Of a stretch of 55,621 bases of DNA, positions 17,773 to 26,145 are shown piece after piece. The stretch spans positions 1 through 55,621 of IMG/VR virus record IMGVR_UViG_3300042923_000252. One strand, 5' to 3'. The position numbers were made by a program, and so were the translations under genes. The notes below the pieces were generated by a model. That model was not told the DNA's origin. It saw nothing but the letters and a program-made list of their open reading frames with translations, and did no database searches. Source of the DNA: a virus. Taxonomy: Duplodnaviria > Caudoviricetes. Position 1 is the stretch's first letter. Every line of letters starts with the position of its first letter.

Positions 17773-17954
17773 TGCTGTACCTCCTTGATGACGAGAGCCT
17801 TGCCGGCCGGCAGAGTCTCAAGAGCTTCCTCAACCACGTAGCCCGAGCTATCCAGGTCGAAATCAAAGTCATGGTCCCCGAGCTGCATCGAGCCCACGTT
17901 CAGTTCACAGATGCTCTCGTGAGCATCGACAATCCACGCGTAGTAGATCGGCAC
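17769..17954 (-). CDS. Hypothetical protein
   Basis: Coupled ORF. Confidence 0.5.
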   Translation of the reverse strand: MPIYYAWIVDAHESICELNVGSMQLGDHDFDFDLDSSGYVVEEALETLPAGKALVIKEVQQ

Positions 17955-18577
17955 TACTTCCCGCCCCCGCTCTTCATACGGAACTGCACGAGTTCGGCAA
18001 GCATCACGTTGAAGACAATGGCCATCGCGTGATCCTCGGTCTTGTCACCGCAGAGGTACTGCATGAGATGCCGGAAGAGGCTTTCCTGAGCCCGCTCCAG
18101 CTCAGCCGGCGAGTTGGCAAGCTCGAAGTTCCGCTTCGAGTACTTCTGAGCGCCGCGGGTGAGGAGCTGAGCGAACCGGGTAAGGAACTGCTCCTCGTAG
18201 GGAACTCCCTGCTGGACCATCAGGAAGAAGTTGTCCTTCGTGGCCCCATCAGCGTCCCTAACCATCCCGCTTGCGTAGGTCTCGCGAGCCCCAGAGTCCT
18301 TGGTGACAAACCCCGAGTCTCTCGAATCAACCTTGACAGCAGGAGAAGAGGAAGACTGCTCAGCAGGCTTCGCACTCAGCTCGTCGTAGACGTGCTCGAA
18401 CTCCAGCTCAGAAGAATCGAACTGCCGAGTGTAACCCTCGTCCATGAGCACCCTCACCTCATATTCGGCTTCCGAGCCAATGGAGGTTACCTCCCCTCTA
18501 TTTCCGAGGTAGTTTTCGTATCCATCGTGGTTGTTCCTCACAACCACAACCCGGTCACCAGCCTCGAACTTGCTCAT
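17954..18577 (-). CDS. dATP/dGTP diphosphohydrolase-domain protein with N-terminal SH3/KOW-like domain
   Basis: KDSGARETYASGMVRD...GAQKYSKRNF...SLFRHL...EDHAMAIVFN. Confidence 0.8.
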   Translation of the reverse strand: MSKFEAGDRVVVVRNNHDGYENYLGNRGEVTSIGSEAEYEVRVLMDEGYTRQFDSSELEFEHVYDELSAKPAEQSSSSPAVKVDSRDSGFVTKDSGARETYASGMVRDADGATKDNFFLMVQQGVPYEEQFLTRFAQLLTRGAQKYSKRNFELANSPAELERAQESLFRHLMQYLCGDKTEDHAMAIVFNVMLAELVQFRMKSGGGK

Positions 18578-18762
18578 GCGTCCACCTTCCGAAGCTCGTG
18601 AGCCTCAAACCACAGCGGGGAGAAGCCAGTTTCCTTGTCACCATCCAAGAGGACTCGAATAGAGGGAACGAAGCCATCGAACAACTCCACGACCTCCCCA
18701 GCCTGATTCGTCAGGGCGTCATTTGTTTCGGTAATGACCCTGTCACCAACTTCGAACATCAC
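18574..18762 (-). CDS. SH3/KOW-like small protein
   Basis: FEVGDRVI...GEVV...VLLDG...FEAHEL. Confidence 0.65.
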   Translation of the reverse strand: MMFEVGDRVITETNDALTNQAGEVVELFDGFVPSIRVLLDGDKETGFSPLWFEAHELRKVDA

Positions 18763-19457
18763 GCCTCCAGGCCAAGCAGTTGACGAATGACTCCGTCACC
18801 GTGTTCACGACGAAGGGAGTCGGGATCTGAACCAGCAGGGAGTTCGATAGGAACTCCGTTGGGAAGTCGCTCAGCTAGCTTCTCCGTCATCTTGGCGCCG
18901 GCCTCGTCCCCGTCTCCGAGGATGAACACCTTCTCGTAGCCGGCGAAGGCCCTATCGAAGTGGTCCTTCCAGGCACTCACACCCTGGACAGCCACCGAGG
19001 GAATCCCGTCCAGCTCCACGGCCCAACCCGAGAACTCACCCTCGGAGATGGCCACGTAGGGACTGGGCACGATCAGGGCCTCAGTGTTGAAGAGCCGAGG
19101 GTGGTCACCGGGCAGGGACTGATACTTCCCGTGGCCCTGGTGCTGTTCCTTCTCGTTCTTGAGGAAGAAGTAGGTGCCGTCCACGTCCTTCACACACTCA
19201 TCCCGGATGCACCGGAACCTGACCGTAGCTACCTTGTGCGGACCTCCAGCAGGACGGAGGTACGGGATGACGAGGTGATCCCGATACTTCTCATGACCCG
19301 TCACCGAATCGCCTACGAACCCGGGAAGCCACCTGCCGGCCCCCTCGCCCAAACCGCGGGCGATCAGGTATTCCTCTGCGGGGCTCCCCTTGTACTGGCT
19401 CTGATAGAACTTCGCTGTCTCCACCGAACCGGGCACTTGCCCATTCGATCGCTTCAC
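18759..19457 (-). CDS. DNA primase, TOPRIM part
   Basis: EYLIARGL, IPYL, ISEGEFS, LGDGDEAG, DPDS. Confidence 0.88.
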   Translation of the reverse strand: MKRSNGQVPGSVETAKFYQSQYKGSPAEEYLIARGLGEGAGRWLPGFVGDSVTGHEKYRDHLVIPYLRPAGGPHKVATVRFRCIRDECVKDVDGTYFFLKNEKEQHQGHGKYQSLPGDHPRLFNTEALIVPSPYVAISEGEFSGWAVELDGIPSVAVQGVSAWKDHFDRAFAGYEKVFILGDGDEAGAKMTEKLAERLPNGVPIELPAGSDPDSLRREHGDGVIRQLLGLEA

Positions 19458-19701
19458 GGAAGCCGATCCCCTCCTCTCGCATGATCACTGACCAGGAGTC
19501 CTCCGAGATGTCACATGCGTGACAACACCACCGGTCCAACTCCGTGTTGACGGAAGCACTTGGTCTCGATTCAACGTGGAGGACACAAAAAATCTTCTGC
19601 CACCATCGAGACTCCGAGACCTCAACGCCGTAGTAGTGGTTAAGCACTTCCCCGATGGGAGGCTTAGGCGGGGTCGATCCGGACGAGGCTCCGCGTACCA
19701 T
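19291..19701 (-). CDS. DNA primase, Zn-finger part
   Basis: CVLHVESRPSASVN...CHAC; overlaps the TOPRIM ORF in another frame. Confidence 0.82.
   Translation of the reverse strand: MVRGASSGSTPPKPPIGEVLNHYYGVEVSESRWWQKIFCVLHVESRPSASVNTELDRWCCHACDISEDSWSVIMREEGIGFREAIEWASARFGGDSEVLSEPVQGEPRRGIPDRPRFGRGGRQVASRVRRRFGDGS
19563..19575 (-). promoter_or_regulatory. 13-bp operator/stoperator inside primase
   Basis: GTTGAATCGAGAC. Confidence 0.7.
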
Positions 19702-19810
19702 CTTCGTTCTCCCGGTAGACGCTGACGGGGAAGTCATACTCACGGTAGAGCTGCTTCATGAAGTGAGCGTTGCCCATGTACTCGCGGTAGTTCGAGACGA
19801 TGGTGTCCAT
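19664..19810 (-). CDS. Hypothetical protein (48 aa)
   Basis: ATG overlaps the EndoVII stop. Confidence 0.45.
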   Translation of the reverse strand: MDTIVSNYREYMGNAHFMKQLYREYDFPVSVYRENEDGTRSLVRIDPA

Positions 19811-20235
19811 CAGTCGGTGTCCCTTCGGTTTTCCTTGTGGATGCGCTCTCCGATGTGGTCGAGCGCTGGAGGTCGTTCGAGGTAATCCGCAGCACGGCGG
19901 AGAGTCTCGGGATTGTCCCTGGCAGAGGTAAGCAGCCGGCCGTTGCACATTCGGCAAAGAAGGCCCCGGACAAGCCCTGTCTTGTGGCAGTGGTCTACAG
20001 AGAGCCTCTGCCGGCGAGTGCCACCACAGATGGCACACTTCCCGCCTTGAGCCTCAAACAGCTTGTCGTACTCGCCGGCCTCAAGGCCGTATACGTCCTG
20101 CACGCGGTTCTCGTGTGAAGCCTTGCTCCTGGACTTCTTCCGGCAGTCGGAACAGACCCGACCCCGCGGAGTGAAGAACCTCAGCGCCCTGTTCTTCAGG
20201 CACTTCGTGCACTGCCGTGTCTTAGAACGAGACAC
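19810..20235 (-). CDS. Endonuclease VII-family nuclease
   Basis: QGGKCAICG...LSVDHCHKTGLVRGLLCRMCN. Confidence 0.93.
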   Translation of the reverse strand: MSRSKTRQCTKCLKNRALRFFTPRGRVCSDCRKKSRSKASHENRVQDVYGLEAGEYDKLFEAQGGKCAICGGTRRQRLSVDHCHKTGLVRGLLCRMCNGRLLTSARDNPETLRRAADYLERPPALDHIGERIHKENRRDTD

Positions 20236-20521
20236 GGTCTCGATTCAACTTACGCTCCAGAAAAAGAAGCCGGTTCTCGTTGAAGCTGGCCTGGAGCTGA
20301 CCGAGGAATTCAACGAGCTTCATCTTCTGCCGTCTGAGGGGACCTTGGTCCAGTATCAGTGTCTCGAATCCACCTTGCAGGTAGCGAACGAGGACTTCCC
20401 CGAGGGTCTGAGTGTTCAGCCGGCGAGGGTTCGTGATCCTGAGGTGGAGGACCGCTCCGGCACTCGTGATGTCCCGCTGGAGTCCGAAGCCGTTGTGGTT
20501 CGTGCGCTTGTTCGTCTTCAT
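20222..20521 (-). CDS. Hypothetical protein
   Basis: Fills a gap; flanked by and containing operators. Confidence 0.4.
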   Translation of the reverse strand: MKTNKRTNHNGFGLQRDITSAGAVLHLRITNPRRLNTQTLGEVLVRYLQGGFETLILDQGPLRRQKMKLVEFLGQLQASFNENRLLFLERKLNRDRVSF

Positions 20522-20558
20522 GTCTCTAGTGTGCACCCCGTGAAGGTCTCGAATCAAC
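20237..20558 (-). promoter_or_regulatory. Operator/stoperator cluster (20237-20249, 20361-20373 with 1 mismatch, 20546-20558)
   Basis: Three motif copies read directly. Confidence 0.75.
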
Positions 20559-20589
20559 TTGTGTGCCAGATGTGAAGGGGTGATCTAGG

Positions 20590-20940
20590 TCACTCAACCG
20601 GAAGCATGTGCTTCTCCCATGACGTGTCGTGAACCCCGTCCTTGTCCTTGATGACCCACATGGGCACGCCCTCATCGCCAGGGAAGGGGCCGGCCACCAG
20701 CTCGAACATGTCTCCGCTCTGGCTGTACGTGAACGTGACCTTCTGCCTCACCTCGAACGTACACACACTCGTGTCAGCGGCAGTCCAGACCGCAGCCTTC
20801 CCCTTGGAATCTCCTTCGAGCATCTCCACCAGATAGGCAGGCCCGTTGATGTATGACGCTACGGACTCAAAGGGTCCATAGAGCACCTTGCCCCGGTTCT
20901 CCGTGTGCTTGTTCTTCACAGTCGTCCCAGACTCGAACAT
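20590..20940 (-). CDS. Tandem SH3-like domain protein (phiSA1p31-related type)
   Basis: Two repeats MFESGTTV..YGPF / TFEVRQKV..AGPF; RBS AGGAG. Confidence 0.7.
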   Translation of the reverse strand: MFESGTTVKNKHTENRGKVLYGPFESVASYINGPAYLVEMLEGDSKGKAAVWTAADTSVCTFEVRQKVTFTYSQSGDMFELVAGPFPGDEGVPMWVIKDKDGVHDTSWEKHMLPVE

Positions 20941-20951
20941 GCCTACTCCTC

Positions 20952-21782
20952 CTAGAAGTTGATGCCCATGGCTTCCTCTGCGTCCTTGAGACGCAGGGTC
21001 TGACTGTCAAGCTCCAGACGGGCAAAGGTGTTGCCCGAGGCGTCTGCGAAGCCTTCACGGTTCTTCACAGGTGAGATGTTGAGAACCCGGTTCATGCCGG
21101 CCTCGTCCGGCTCCCGGTGAATAGTCAGGATCAGAGACGGCACTCGGCCGATCTTCCCCTTCACTCCAGACAAAGGGATCGGCTTCAACCCATCCGAGTA
21201 TTCGCCAGTCACGTGATGGAGAGCCATCACATGAGACTCGGTCTCTCGGGCCATGTCGTTGAGGTACTCACACATGCCCTCCAGGCCGAAGGTGAAGGAC
21301 TCGGCATCGCCGGCACCACCGTTGTCCACGTTCGTGATGTTGTCGACAACGCAGAGGTGTGGGTAGCAGCCGAAGACCTCGTAGTAGACCTCCAGATCAG
21401 CTTCCATGTCTGCCGGCGTCGGCATGGCCTCATAGGACATGCGGACCCACCACTTGTCCCCAAGGACTCGTTCGTACTCCTGGAACTTGTCCTCCAGGAG
21501 CGCCTTCTTGACGTCTCGGACGTCGTCCCCCGTCAGCATGGCCGTAGCCCGGCTGAGCTGCGTAGCAGCGTTCGAGTCCGCGGACCAGTACATGACCGGC
21601 ATGGAACCGTGAAGAGCGAGGTTCAGCGCCAGGAGCGACTTACCCGTACCCGGGCCGGCAGCACCAAGGGACAGCTCACCGCGGCGGAAGTCCACATCGA
21701 GCTTCTGAAGGGCCTTGCTCGGATTGGGGATCGGCTCACCCGCTGATCCCTTGATGCGCGCACTCTGGACGAGTGAGTACAT
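20952..21782 (-). CDS. DnaB/RecA-like ATPase (replicative helicase-like)
   Basis: GAAGPGTGKS Walker A, VVDNITN Walker B, VKNR. Confidence 0.9.
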   Translation of the reverse strand: MYSLVQSARIKGSAGEPIPNPSKALQKLDVDFRRGELSLGAAGPGTGKSLLALNLALHGSMPVMYWSADSNAATQLSRATAMLTGDDVRDVKKALLEDKFQEYERVLGDKWWVRMSYEAMPTPADMEADLEVYYEVFGCYPHLCVVDNITNVDNGGAGDAESFTFGLEGMCEYLNDMARETESHVMALHHVTGEYSDGLKPIPLSGVKGKIGRVPSLILTIHREPDEAGMNRVLNISPVKNREGFADASGNTFARLELDSQTLRLKDAEEAMGINF

Positions 21783-21831
21783 CCTTCTCCTTCCAACAGG
21801 AAGGGGACCCGTCAACGGTAACGGGCCCCCT

Positions 21832-21844
21832 GTCTCGAATCAAC
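21832..21844 (-). promoter_or_regulatory. 13-bp operator/stoperator
   Basis: Exact GTTGATTCGAGAC, intergenic, followed by a hairpin. Confidence 0.8.
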
Positions 21845-21863
21845 ATTTCAAGCAGAAGAAACG

Positions 21864-22280
21864 TCAGTCGTGGGAGTAGAACTCCACTTCGATACCGTCC
21901 TTTCGGACAGTCACCATGGCGTGATCCCCGAAGTTCTCAAGCAGTACGTTGTCAAAGGCGCCGGACTGAAGAGCCCCAGAGAGAGCCTCAACCCGGTCAT
22001 AGCGAGCCTCATCCGGGCCCTCGTAGCCGTCCTTAACATACTCACGGTTGGGCCAGTCGCCTTCCCAGTGACCACTTACCTTGCCGAGGCTCGGATGTCC
22101 CCAAAGGTCAAGGTCGTACTCGCTGAAGGTTTCGTCATCCGTGTCGACCTCTGCGGTGGTCCGAACCCAAGCCTCGTCAACCAGTCGCTCTGCTTCCTTA
22201 CGAATGTCGTCCAGCCGGCCAACTCGGGTCACAGCCAGAGAGTTCGTCAGAGTCGAGACGAGCTTTTCCCTGGCAGTCAC
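21864..22280 (-). CDS. Hypothetical phage protein
   Basis: C-terminal FGDHAMVTV...EVEFYSHD motif. Confidence 0.65.
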   Translation of the reverse strand: MTAREKLVSTLTNSLAVTRVGRLDDIRKEAERLVDEAWVRTTAEVDTDDETFSEYDLDLWGHPSLGKVSGHWEGDWPNREYVKDGYEGPDEARYDRVEALSGALQSGAFDNVLLENFGDHAMVTVRKDGIEVEFYSHD

Positions 22281-22498
22281 TAAGAGACCTCCGGGTCAAT
22301 GAAGTCCGCGGCTGCATTGCAGTCGCTCATGTGGTCATCGGTGAAGTCTCGGAGTTCCTCAGAGTTGCGGATGCTCTCCGCAAGTTCATGGGCGTAGGCG
22401 TCAATTAGCTCTTCTCCAGTGGAACAGAGCGAACTACCGCAGTAGCAGAGGCCGTCGGCACCTGTGATGGCGTCTATCAGAGCCTGTCGAGCACTCAC
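22280..22498 (-). CDS. Hypothetical protein (LIDAYAHELAE.IR family)
   Basis: RBS AGGAG; coupled. Confidence 0.65.
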   Translation of the reverse strand: MSARQALIDAITGADGLCYCGSSLCSTGEELIDAYAHELAESIRNSEELRDFTDDHMSDCNAAADFIDPEVS

Positions 22499-22506
22499 GA
22501 CAGCTC

Positions 22507-22737
22507 CTAGCGGGTGTAGGGAGGGTCGACCTTGGTGACCTGAGTAGTGGTCACGAACTCGAAGACCTCGAATTCATCACCGGACTCTTCTCGCTCGAAG
22601 TAGCCCAGAGCGTCATACGCCTCCTGCGGAGTATCCCGCACTACATCCCCGTAGTAACGGTGGTCTCCCTTACGCTCCTTGGCGTTCTCGATGTCTCGGC
22701 CGGCGACATACACCGTCTCCTCCTCACGGAGGCTCAT
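22507..22737 (-). CDS. Hypothetical protein
   Basis: Start chosen downstream of the operator/RBS. Confidence 0.5.
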   Translation of the reverse strand: MSLREEETVYVAGRDIENAKERKGDHRYYGDVVRDTPQEAYDALGYFEREESGDEFEVFEFVTTTQVTKVDPPYTR

Positions 22738-22766
22738 ACTGATCTTCCTCACGACTCCCCTTCCGG

Positions 22767-22863
22767 GTCTCGAATCAACCGCTAGGGCCAAGGGAAGGGG
22801 CTCGACCAGTGAGCCCCTTTTCCCTCTAACTCCAGTATGGCAGCTTTCTAGTCTCGAATCAAC
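22767..22863 (-). promoter_or_regulatory. Two operators/stoperators (22767-22779, 22851-22863)
   Basis: Exact GTTGATTCGAGAC x2. Confidence 0.8.
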
Positions 22864-23695
22864 CTCGGGACCGAGAAAAAGTGCACGCATGACTCACGTC
22901 ACAGAAGCGGCAGTGGAATCCCGGCTTGGCCGGGAAGTCTCCTCGCTTCACGCCCTGGTCCATCTCGACGTACCGAGCCGCTACCTGCTCCTCTGTCACC
23001 TCGGACAGATCCAGGGTCTTCGAGAGGTTCCCCGTCTTGCCGAGGTACCAGTCACCCTTGTTGACCGTGACATGGAACGCCTGCTCAACAGCGACCTTGT
23101 ACGTCTGAAGTTGGAACTCAGACTTCGTGGACCCTGTCTTGAGGTCCCGAACCCTGACCGAGCCGTCATCCTCCTGGATCAGCTGGTCAATGTAGCCACG
23201 GACCGCGACGCCTCCCAGCTCGACCTTGAAGTACAGCTCCAGGCCCTGAGAGGGCATGTAGTCGTCGGCCTCCGAGATGTCCGCACCGTTCCAGCCTTCG
23301 CCATCGAACCAGATCTCAGGCCGGTTCTCCTCGGACCACTCGACGTACCGAGCAACCTGCTTCTGTCCGAGAACGTACCGTTCTTCGATGTCCTGCCCAG
23401 CCGGCTTCTGACTTCCCGTCATCCACCGGTCAAGGTTCGGCTCCCGGTCCATCGCCTTATTCACCAAGGCGCTGTACTGGTCGGAGAAGAGCTGAACCAT
23501 CTCCTCGGCCGAAGGCTCTCGGAACTCCTTCTCGAACTTCTCAGCGGCAGAGTGGAAGGCCGTACCCTGGAAGGACCAGGCAGCCGGCCGCGGGACGACC
23601 CGCTCCACCCGCTGAAGGTAGAACTGCCAACCGCACTTCTCGTACTGCTCTGTCTGGGAGACGGACCGCGGCTGTGTGGTGATGTCTCGACTCAC
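22859..23695 (-). CDS. Cas4/RecB-like PD-(D/E)xK exonuclease
   Basis: RSVSQ...C, GTAFH, RGYID...RDLKTG, QLQTY, CRFCDVSHAC. Confidence 0.93.
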   Translation of the reverse strand: MSRDITTQPRSVSQTEQYEKCGWQFYLQRVERVVPRPAAWSFQGTAFHSAAEKFEKEFREPSAEEMVQLFSDQYSALVNKAMDREPNLDRWMTGSQKPAGQDIEERYVLGQKQVARYVEWSEENRPEIWFDGEGWNGADISEADDYMPSQGLELYFKVELGGVAVRGYIDQLIQEDDGSVRVRDLKTGSTKSEFQLQTYKVAVEQAFHVTVNKGDWYLGKTGNLSKTLDLSEVTEEQVAARYVEMDQGVKRGDFPAKPGFHCRFCDVSHACTFSRSRG

Positions 23696-23726
23696 TGGAC
23701 CTCCTGGTTTGGCTGTGCCTGGGCAT

Positions 23727-23760
23727 GAAAAAGGGCCATGTCCCTGAATGACATGGCCCC
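23727..23760 (-). terminator. Intrinsic terminator upstream of the exonuclease gene
   Basis: GGGCCATGTC-N7-GACATGGCCC-TTTTT on the minus strand. Confidence 0.7.
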
Positions 23761-23774
23761 TGGTGGGTGAGCTC

Positions 23775-24107
23775 TCATCCTCCGTACACCGTCACAAGAT
23801 CGAAGTACTTACTTCCGGGGAACCTGCTGTGTGGCTTCTGAACTCTCTCCCGTTCAACAACACAGTCACTCAGGTTCTTCCCCAACTCCCGCTCCAACCG
23901 GTCCAGTTCGGTTACGTCATCCTCGTTGACATCGTTCGTCATCACGATCATGAAGTACCGCTGAAACGGTTCTCCGAGAACCTCAGTGATCAAGAGGGCT
24001 GACGTCTCAACCCATGTCCGGGTTGTCTGGACCGTGCCCGTGTAGATCACTTTCAGTACGTCTACCCGCCCCGCCAGGACGTCTTGAGACGCAAGCAAAC
24101 GGACCAT
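23775..24107 (-). CDS. Hypothetical protein
   Basis: RBS GGGAGG before ATG 24107. Confidence 0.55.
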   Translation of the reverse strand: MVRLLASQDVLAGRVDVLKVIYTGTVQTTRTWVETSALLITEVLGEPFQRYFMIVMTNDVNEDDVTELDRLERELGKNLSDCVVERERVQKPHSRFPGSKYFDLVTVYGG

Positions 24108-24187
24108 GGGCCCTCCCCGTGTCATCGGCGGACGTTGAAACTGTCCACCCGCCGTACGGAATGTACACACGTTCTTCACTCAACTAC

Positions 24188-24200
24188 ATCTCGAATCAAC
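24188..24200 (-). promoter_or_regulatory. Operator/stoperator (12/13)
   Basis: GTTGATTCGAGAT. Confidence 0.7.
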
Positions 24201-24248
24201 GTGACCATGACCACACAGTCACCAGTACAACCATTAGGGTTACCTAAC

Positions 24249-24282
24249 TAAAACGAAAGACCCCCTGGTCACAGGGGGTCTC
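24249..24282 (-). terminator. Terminator after the repressor gene
   Basis: GAGACCCCCTG-TGAC-CAGGGGGTCTTTCGTTTT. Confidence 0.75.
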
Positions 24283-24295
24283 GCTGTATCGACGG

Positions 24296-24796
24296 TCAGT
24301 TGTTAGAGGTCGGAGGCAGCTCCAGCGCCCTCCGAAACCTCTCATCTGGGAAGGGAATCGCTTTCGGCCAGTCGATGACCCGGTTCCCGTCCTGGGGTGT
24401 CCGGGGCCTGTAGTACCACCCGTCGACAGTGTCCGGGTCGTAGCACAGCACCTCGTTGTGCTCTCTCAGCCGGCGCTCCCAGCGCTCCGCTAGAAGAAGC
24501 TGCGCCTTGCTCAGGGTGTCGTCCCCGAGCCGTCTCCGTAGCCAGACCTTCAGTGCCTTGGCGCTGTACCTGTTGTGGTGCCCGGTCCCCTCCTTCGGGG
24601 CCCAGATCGACCAACGCGTTGCCAGGGCTTCGTTGACCTGCTTGGAGATGGGCTTCCGGAACAAGCCCAACTTGGACAGCCTCTTGTTCACTGCCTGAAC
24701 GGTGACACCGTACTCCTTGGCGATCTCCTTGTCGGAGACGTCCCGGTGATACAGCTTGACTAGCTCATGATCAGGCGGTAGCAGAGTGGTGGGCAT
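24296..24796 (-). CDS. Immunity repressor (L5 gp71-like)
   Basis: N-terminal HTH SDKEIAKEYGVTVQAVNKRL; C-terminal VLCYDPD...GWYYRPR...D; position beside the Cas4-like nuclease. Confidence 0.8.
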   Translation of the reverse strand: MPTTLLPPDHELVKLYHRDVSDKEIAKEYGVTVQAVNKRLSKLGLFRKPISKQVNEALATRWSIWAPKEGTGHHNRYSAKALKVWLRRRLGDDTLSKAQLLLAERWERRLREHNEVLCYDPDTVDGWYYRPRTPQDGNRVIDWPKAIPFPDERFRRALELPPTSNN

Positions 24797-24896
24797 GTCA
24801 TGTCCTTCGTGGCGGTGTTACATGCAGTGGCCCTTTCGTCACAAGGCCGGCAGTCCCCGTGACACGGTCACCATAGTCAGTAACGGTTCTGAGAGT

Positions 24897-25096
24897 CTCT
24901 CGTTTCAACATGTGATGTACGTCTCACTTCAATACGGAGTCTTGCGTTCCCTTTGAGCTACCCCCATAGGCATCACACGTCACAATCTGGTCTCGATGCA
25001 ACGTTGTGGCCCCACCGTAAACCACCTAGTAACCTTTGGCCAACGCACTTATTCAGATCAAGACACCCAACCCTGTGATCTGGGTCTCACTTCAAC
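24897..25096 (-). promoter_or_regulatory. Degenerate operator cluster upstream of the repressor (24897, 24921, 24990, 25084)
   Basis: CTCTCGTTTCAAC, GTCTCACTTCAAT, GTCTCGATGCAAC, GTCTCACTTCAAC on the + strand. Confidence 0.6.
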
Positions 25097-25139
25097 ATCC
25101 TGTGTCACAAACCCTAGGCGAGTGACACCGACGTCTATA
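25074..25139 (+). promoter_or_regulatory. Promoter-like module copy 2 (likely late promoter)
   Basis: TGTGATCTGGGTCTCA ... TGACACCGACGTCTATA, matches 192-257; upstream of the virion operon. Confidence 0.55.
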
Positions 25140-25140
25140 G

Positions 25141-25342
25141 TAGAAGAGAAAAGAGAAAATACTTAGTAGTTACTCGGTTCCTGAAGAACCGAGTTGACAC
25201 GAGACTCTCTTAGTAGTTATACTAGAACTAAGAGAGAAGTTAGTAAGTAAGTAGTGAGTCTCCTTAAAGAGACTCACCCTAAGTTTCCTTCTTGTTGATC
25301 TCCCTGTTGAGTAAGTAGCCGACCCTTGAAGGTCGGCTTTTT
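25141..25342 (+). other. AT-rich hairpin array (late leader, ncRNA or origin)
   Basis: Hairpins at 25172-25194, about 25205-25236, 25254-25277 and 25317-25342 (last with a T tract). Confidence 0.55.
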
Positions 25343-25437
25343 AGTTCCAGGTTGATTGATTCGAGATCCAAGAGGGTAGTTGGCCCCGGCTGCTAGACCA
25401 GTATCCAGCCGGGGCCCAAGACTTCTTGGAGGTGGTC

Positions 25438-25755
25438 ATGCCCAGGGCGAAGAGTGTATGTCTCACGGCCGGCTGCCCCTCCAAGACTTTCCGCGACGGC
25501 CGGTGCCGAGAGCACCAAGTTCGGAAACCCTGGCAGAACACATCGGCCAGGAACCAGAGCCGGCCCGGTAACTGGCCCTCCATCAGGGCCAGGGTGCTTG
25601 CTCGGGACAGGTTCGCTTGTCAAAGCTGCGGAAAGAGATCCGAGCTTGAGGTGGACCACATTGTCCCGGTGGCCCGGGGAGGCTCCTGGGAGTTGGACAA
25701 CCTCTGGACCTTGTGCAAACCGTGCCACGGTGCCAAGACGAGGAAGTTCGGCTAA
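25438..25755 (+). CDS. HNH endonuclease (terminase-associated type)
   Basis: RARVLARDRFACQSCG...EVDHIVP..GG...NLWTLCKPCH..KT. Confidence 0.92.
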   Translation: MPRAKSVCLTAGCPSKTFRDGRCREHQVRKPWQNTSARNQSRPGNWPSIRARVLARDRFACQSCGKRSELEVDHIVPVARGGSWELDNLWTLCKPCHGAKTRKFG

Positions 25756-25832
25756 TTACTCCTCACCGTCCGGGCCCTGCCCGCACTGGTGGGGCTATTG
25801 CAACCCACCTCGTTCCTTGTGGGCGAGGTTTT

Positions 25833-25906
25833 CCCTCGGTAGCTCAGTTGGTTAGAGCGCCGCCCTCATAAGGCGGAGGTCGCTGGTTCAAGTCCAGCCT
25901 GCGGGA
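25833..25906 (+). tRNA. tRNA with CAT anticodon (Met or Ile2), no encoded CCA
   Basis: TAGCTCAGTTGGTTAGAGC D arm; CCGCC-CTCATAA-GGCGG; GCTGG-TTCAAGT-CCAGC; acceptor with one mismatch. Confidence 0.88.
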
Positions 25907-25976
25907 CGAGGCAGAGTGATGGGGTGAAGAGCCTCCCCCGGTGGTGAGCCGCGGTGTGCTAGCAGCACTTTGCCCT

Positions 25977-26068
25977 TCCTTGGTAGCTCAAAGGTAGAGC
26001 ACTCGGGGCCCCGCCGCTTCGGCGGCAACAGACGAGAGTGGTTGCGGGTTCGAATCCCGTCCAAGGAA
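25977..26068 (+). ncRNA. tRNA-like RNA with perfect acceptor/D/T arms but an expanded non-canonical anticodon arm
   Basis: TCCTTGG/CCAAGGA; GCTC-AAAGGTA-GAGC; GCGGG-TTCGAAT-CCCGT; about 27-nt insert containing GCCGC-TTCG-GCGGC. Confidence 0.75.
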
Positions 26069-26072
26069 CGAA

Positions 26073-26145
26073 GGGGAGGCTGGCTGCTCGCCGGCACGAG
26101 TAAAAGCACCGCTGGTGCCACAGGGTGCAAGTCCCTGACTCCCTA
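26073..26145 (+). ncRNA. Degenerate tRNA-like RNA
   Basis: GGGGAG/CTCCCT acceptor-like stem, CAGGG-TGCAAGT-CCCTG T-like arm, two internal hairpins. Confidence 0.45.

Noticed and set aside
17954-18577. dATP/dGTP diphosphohydrolase as evidence for a 2-aminoadenine (Z) genome
   Set aside because: No PurZ or DatZ-like gene is recognisable in the window.
22859-23695. Cas4-like nuclease as a sign of a CRISPR system
   Set aside because: No repeat-spacer array or other cas genes seen; solo Cas4/RecB-like nucleases are standard in L5-like phages.
25910-25975. HDV-like (theta) ribozyme after the tRNA (GCC-TCCCCC-GGT resembles P3/L3)
   Set aside because: I could not build a P1 helix with the sequence just 3' of the tRNA; kept only as an unexplained structured element.
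25977-26068. Y RNA (YrlA), tmRNA or intron-containing tRNA
   Set aside because: The ends lie at the acceptor stem (not permuted as in YrlA), no Ro60 gene is present, it is too short for tmRNA, and the insert is too small for a self-splicing intron.
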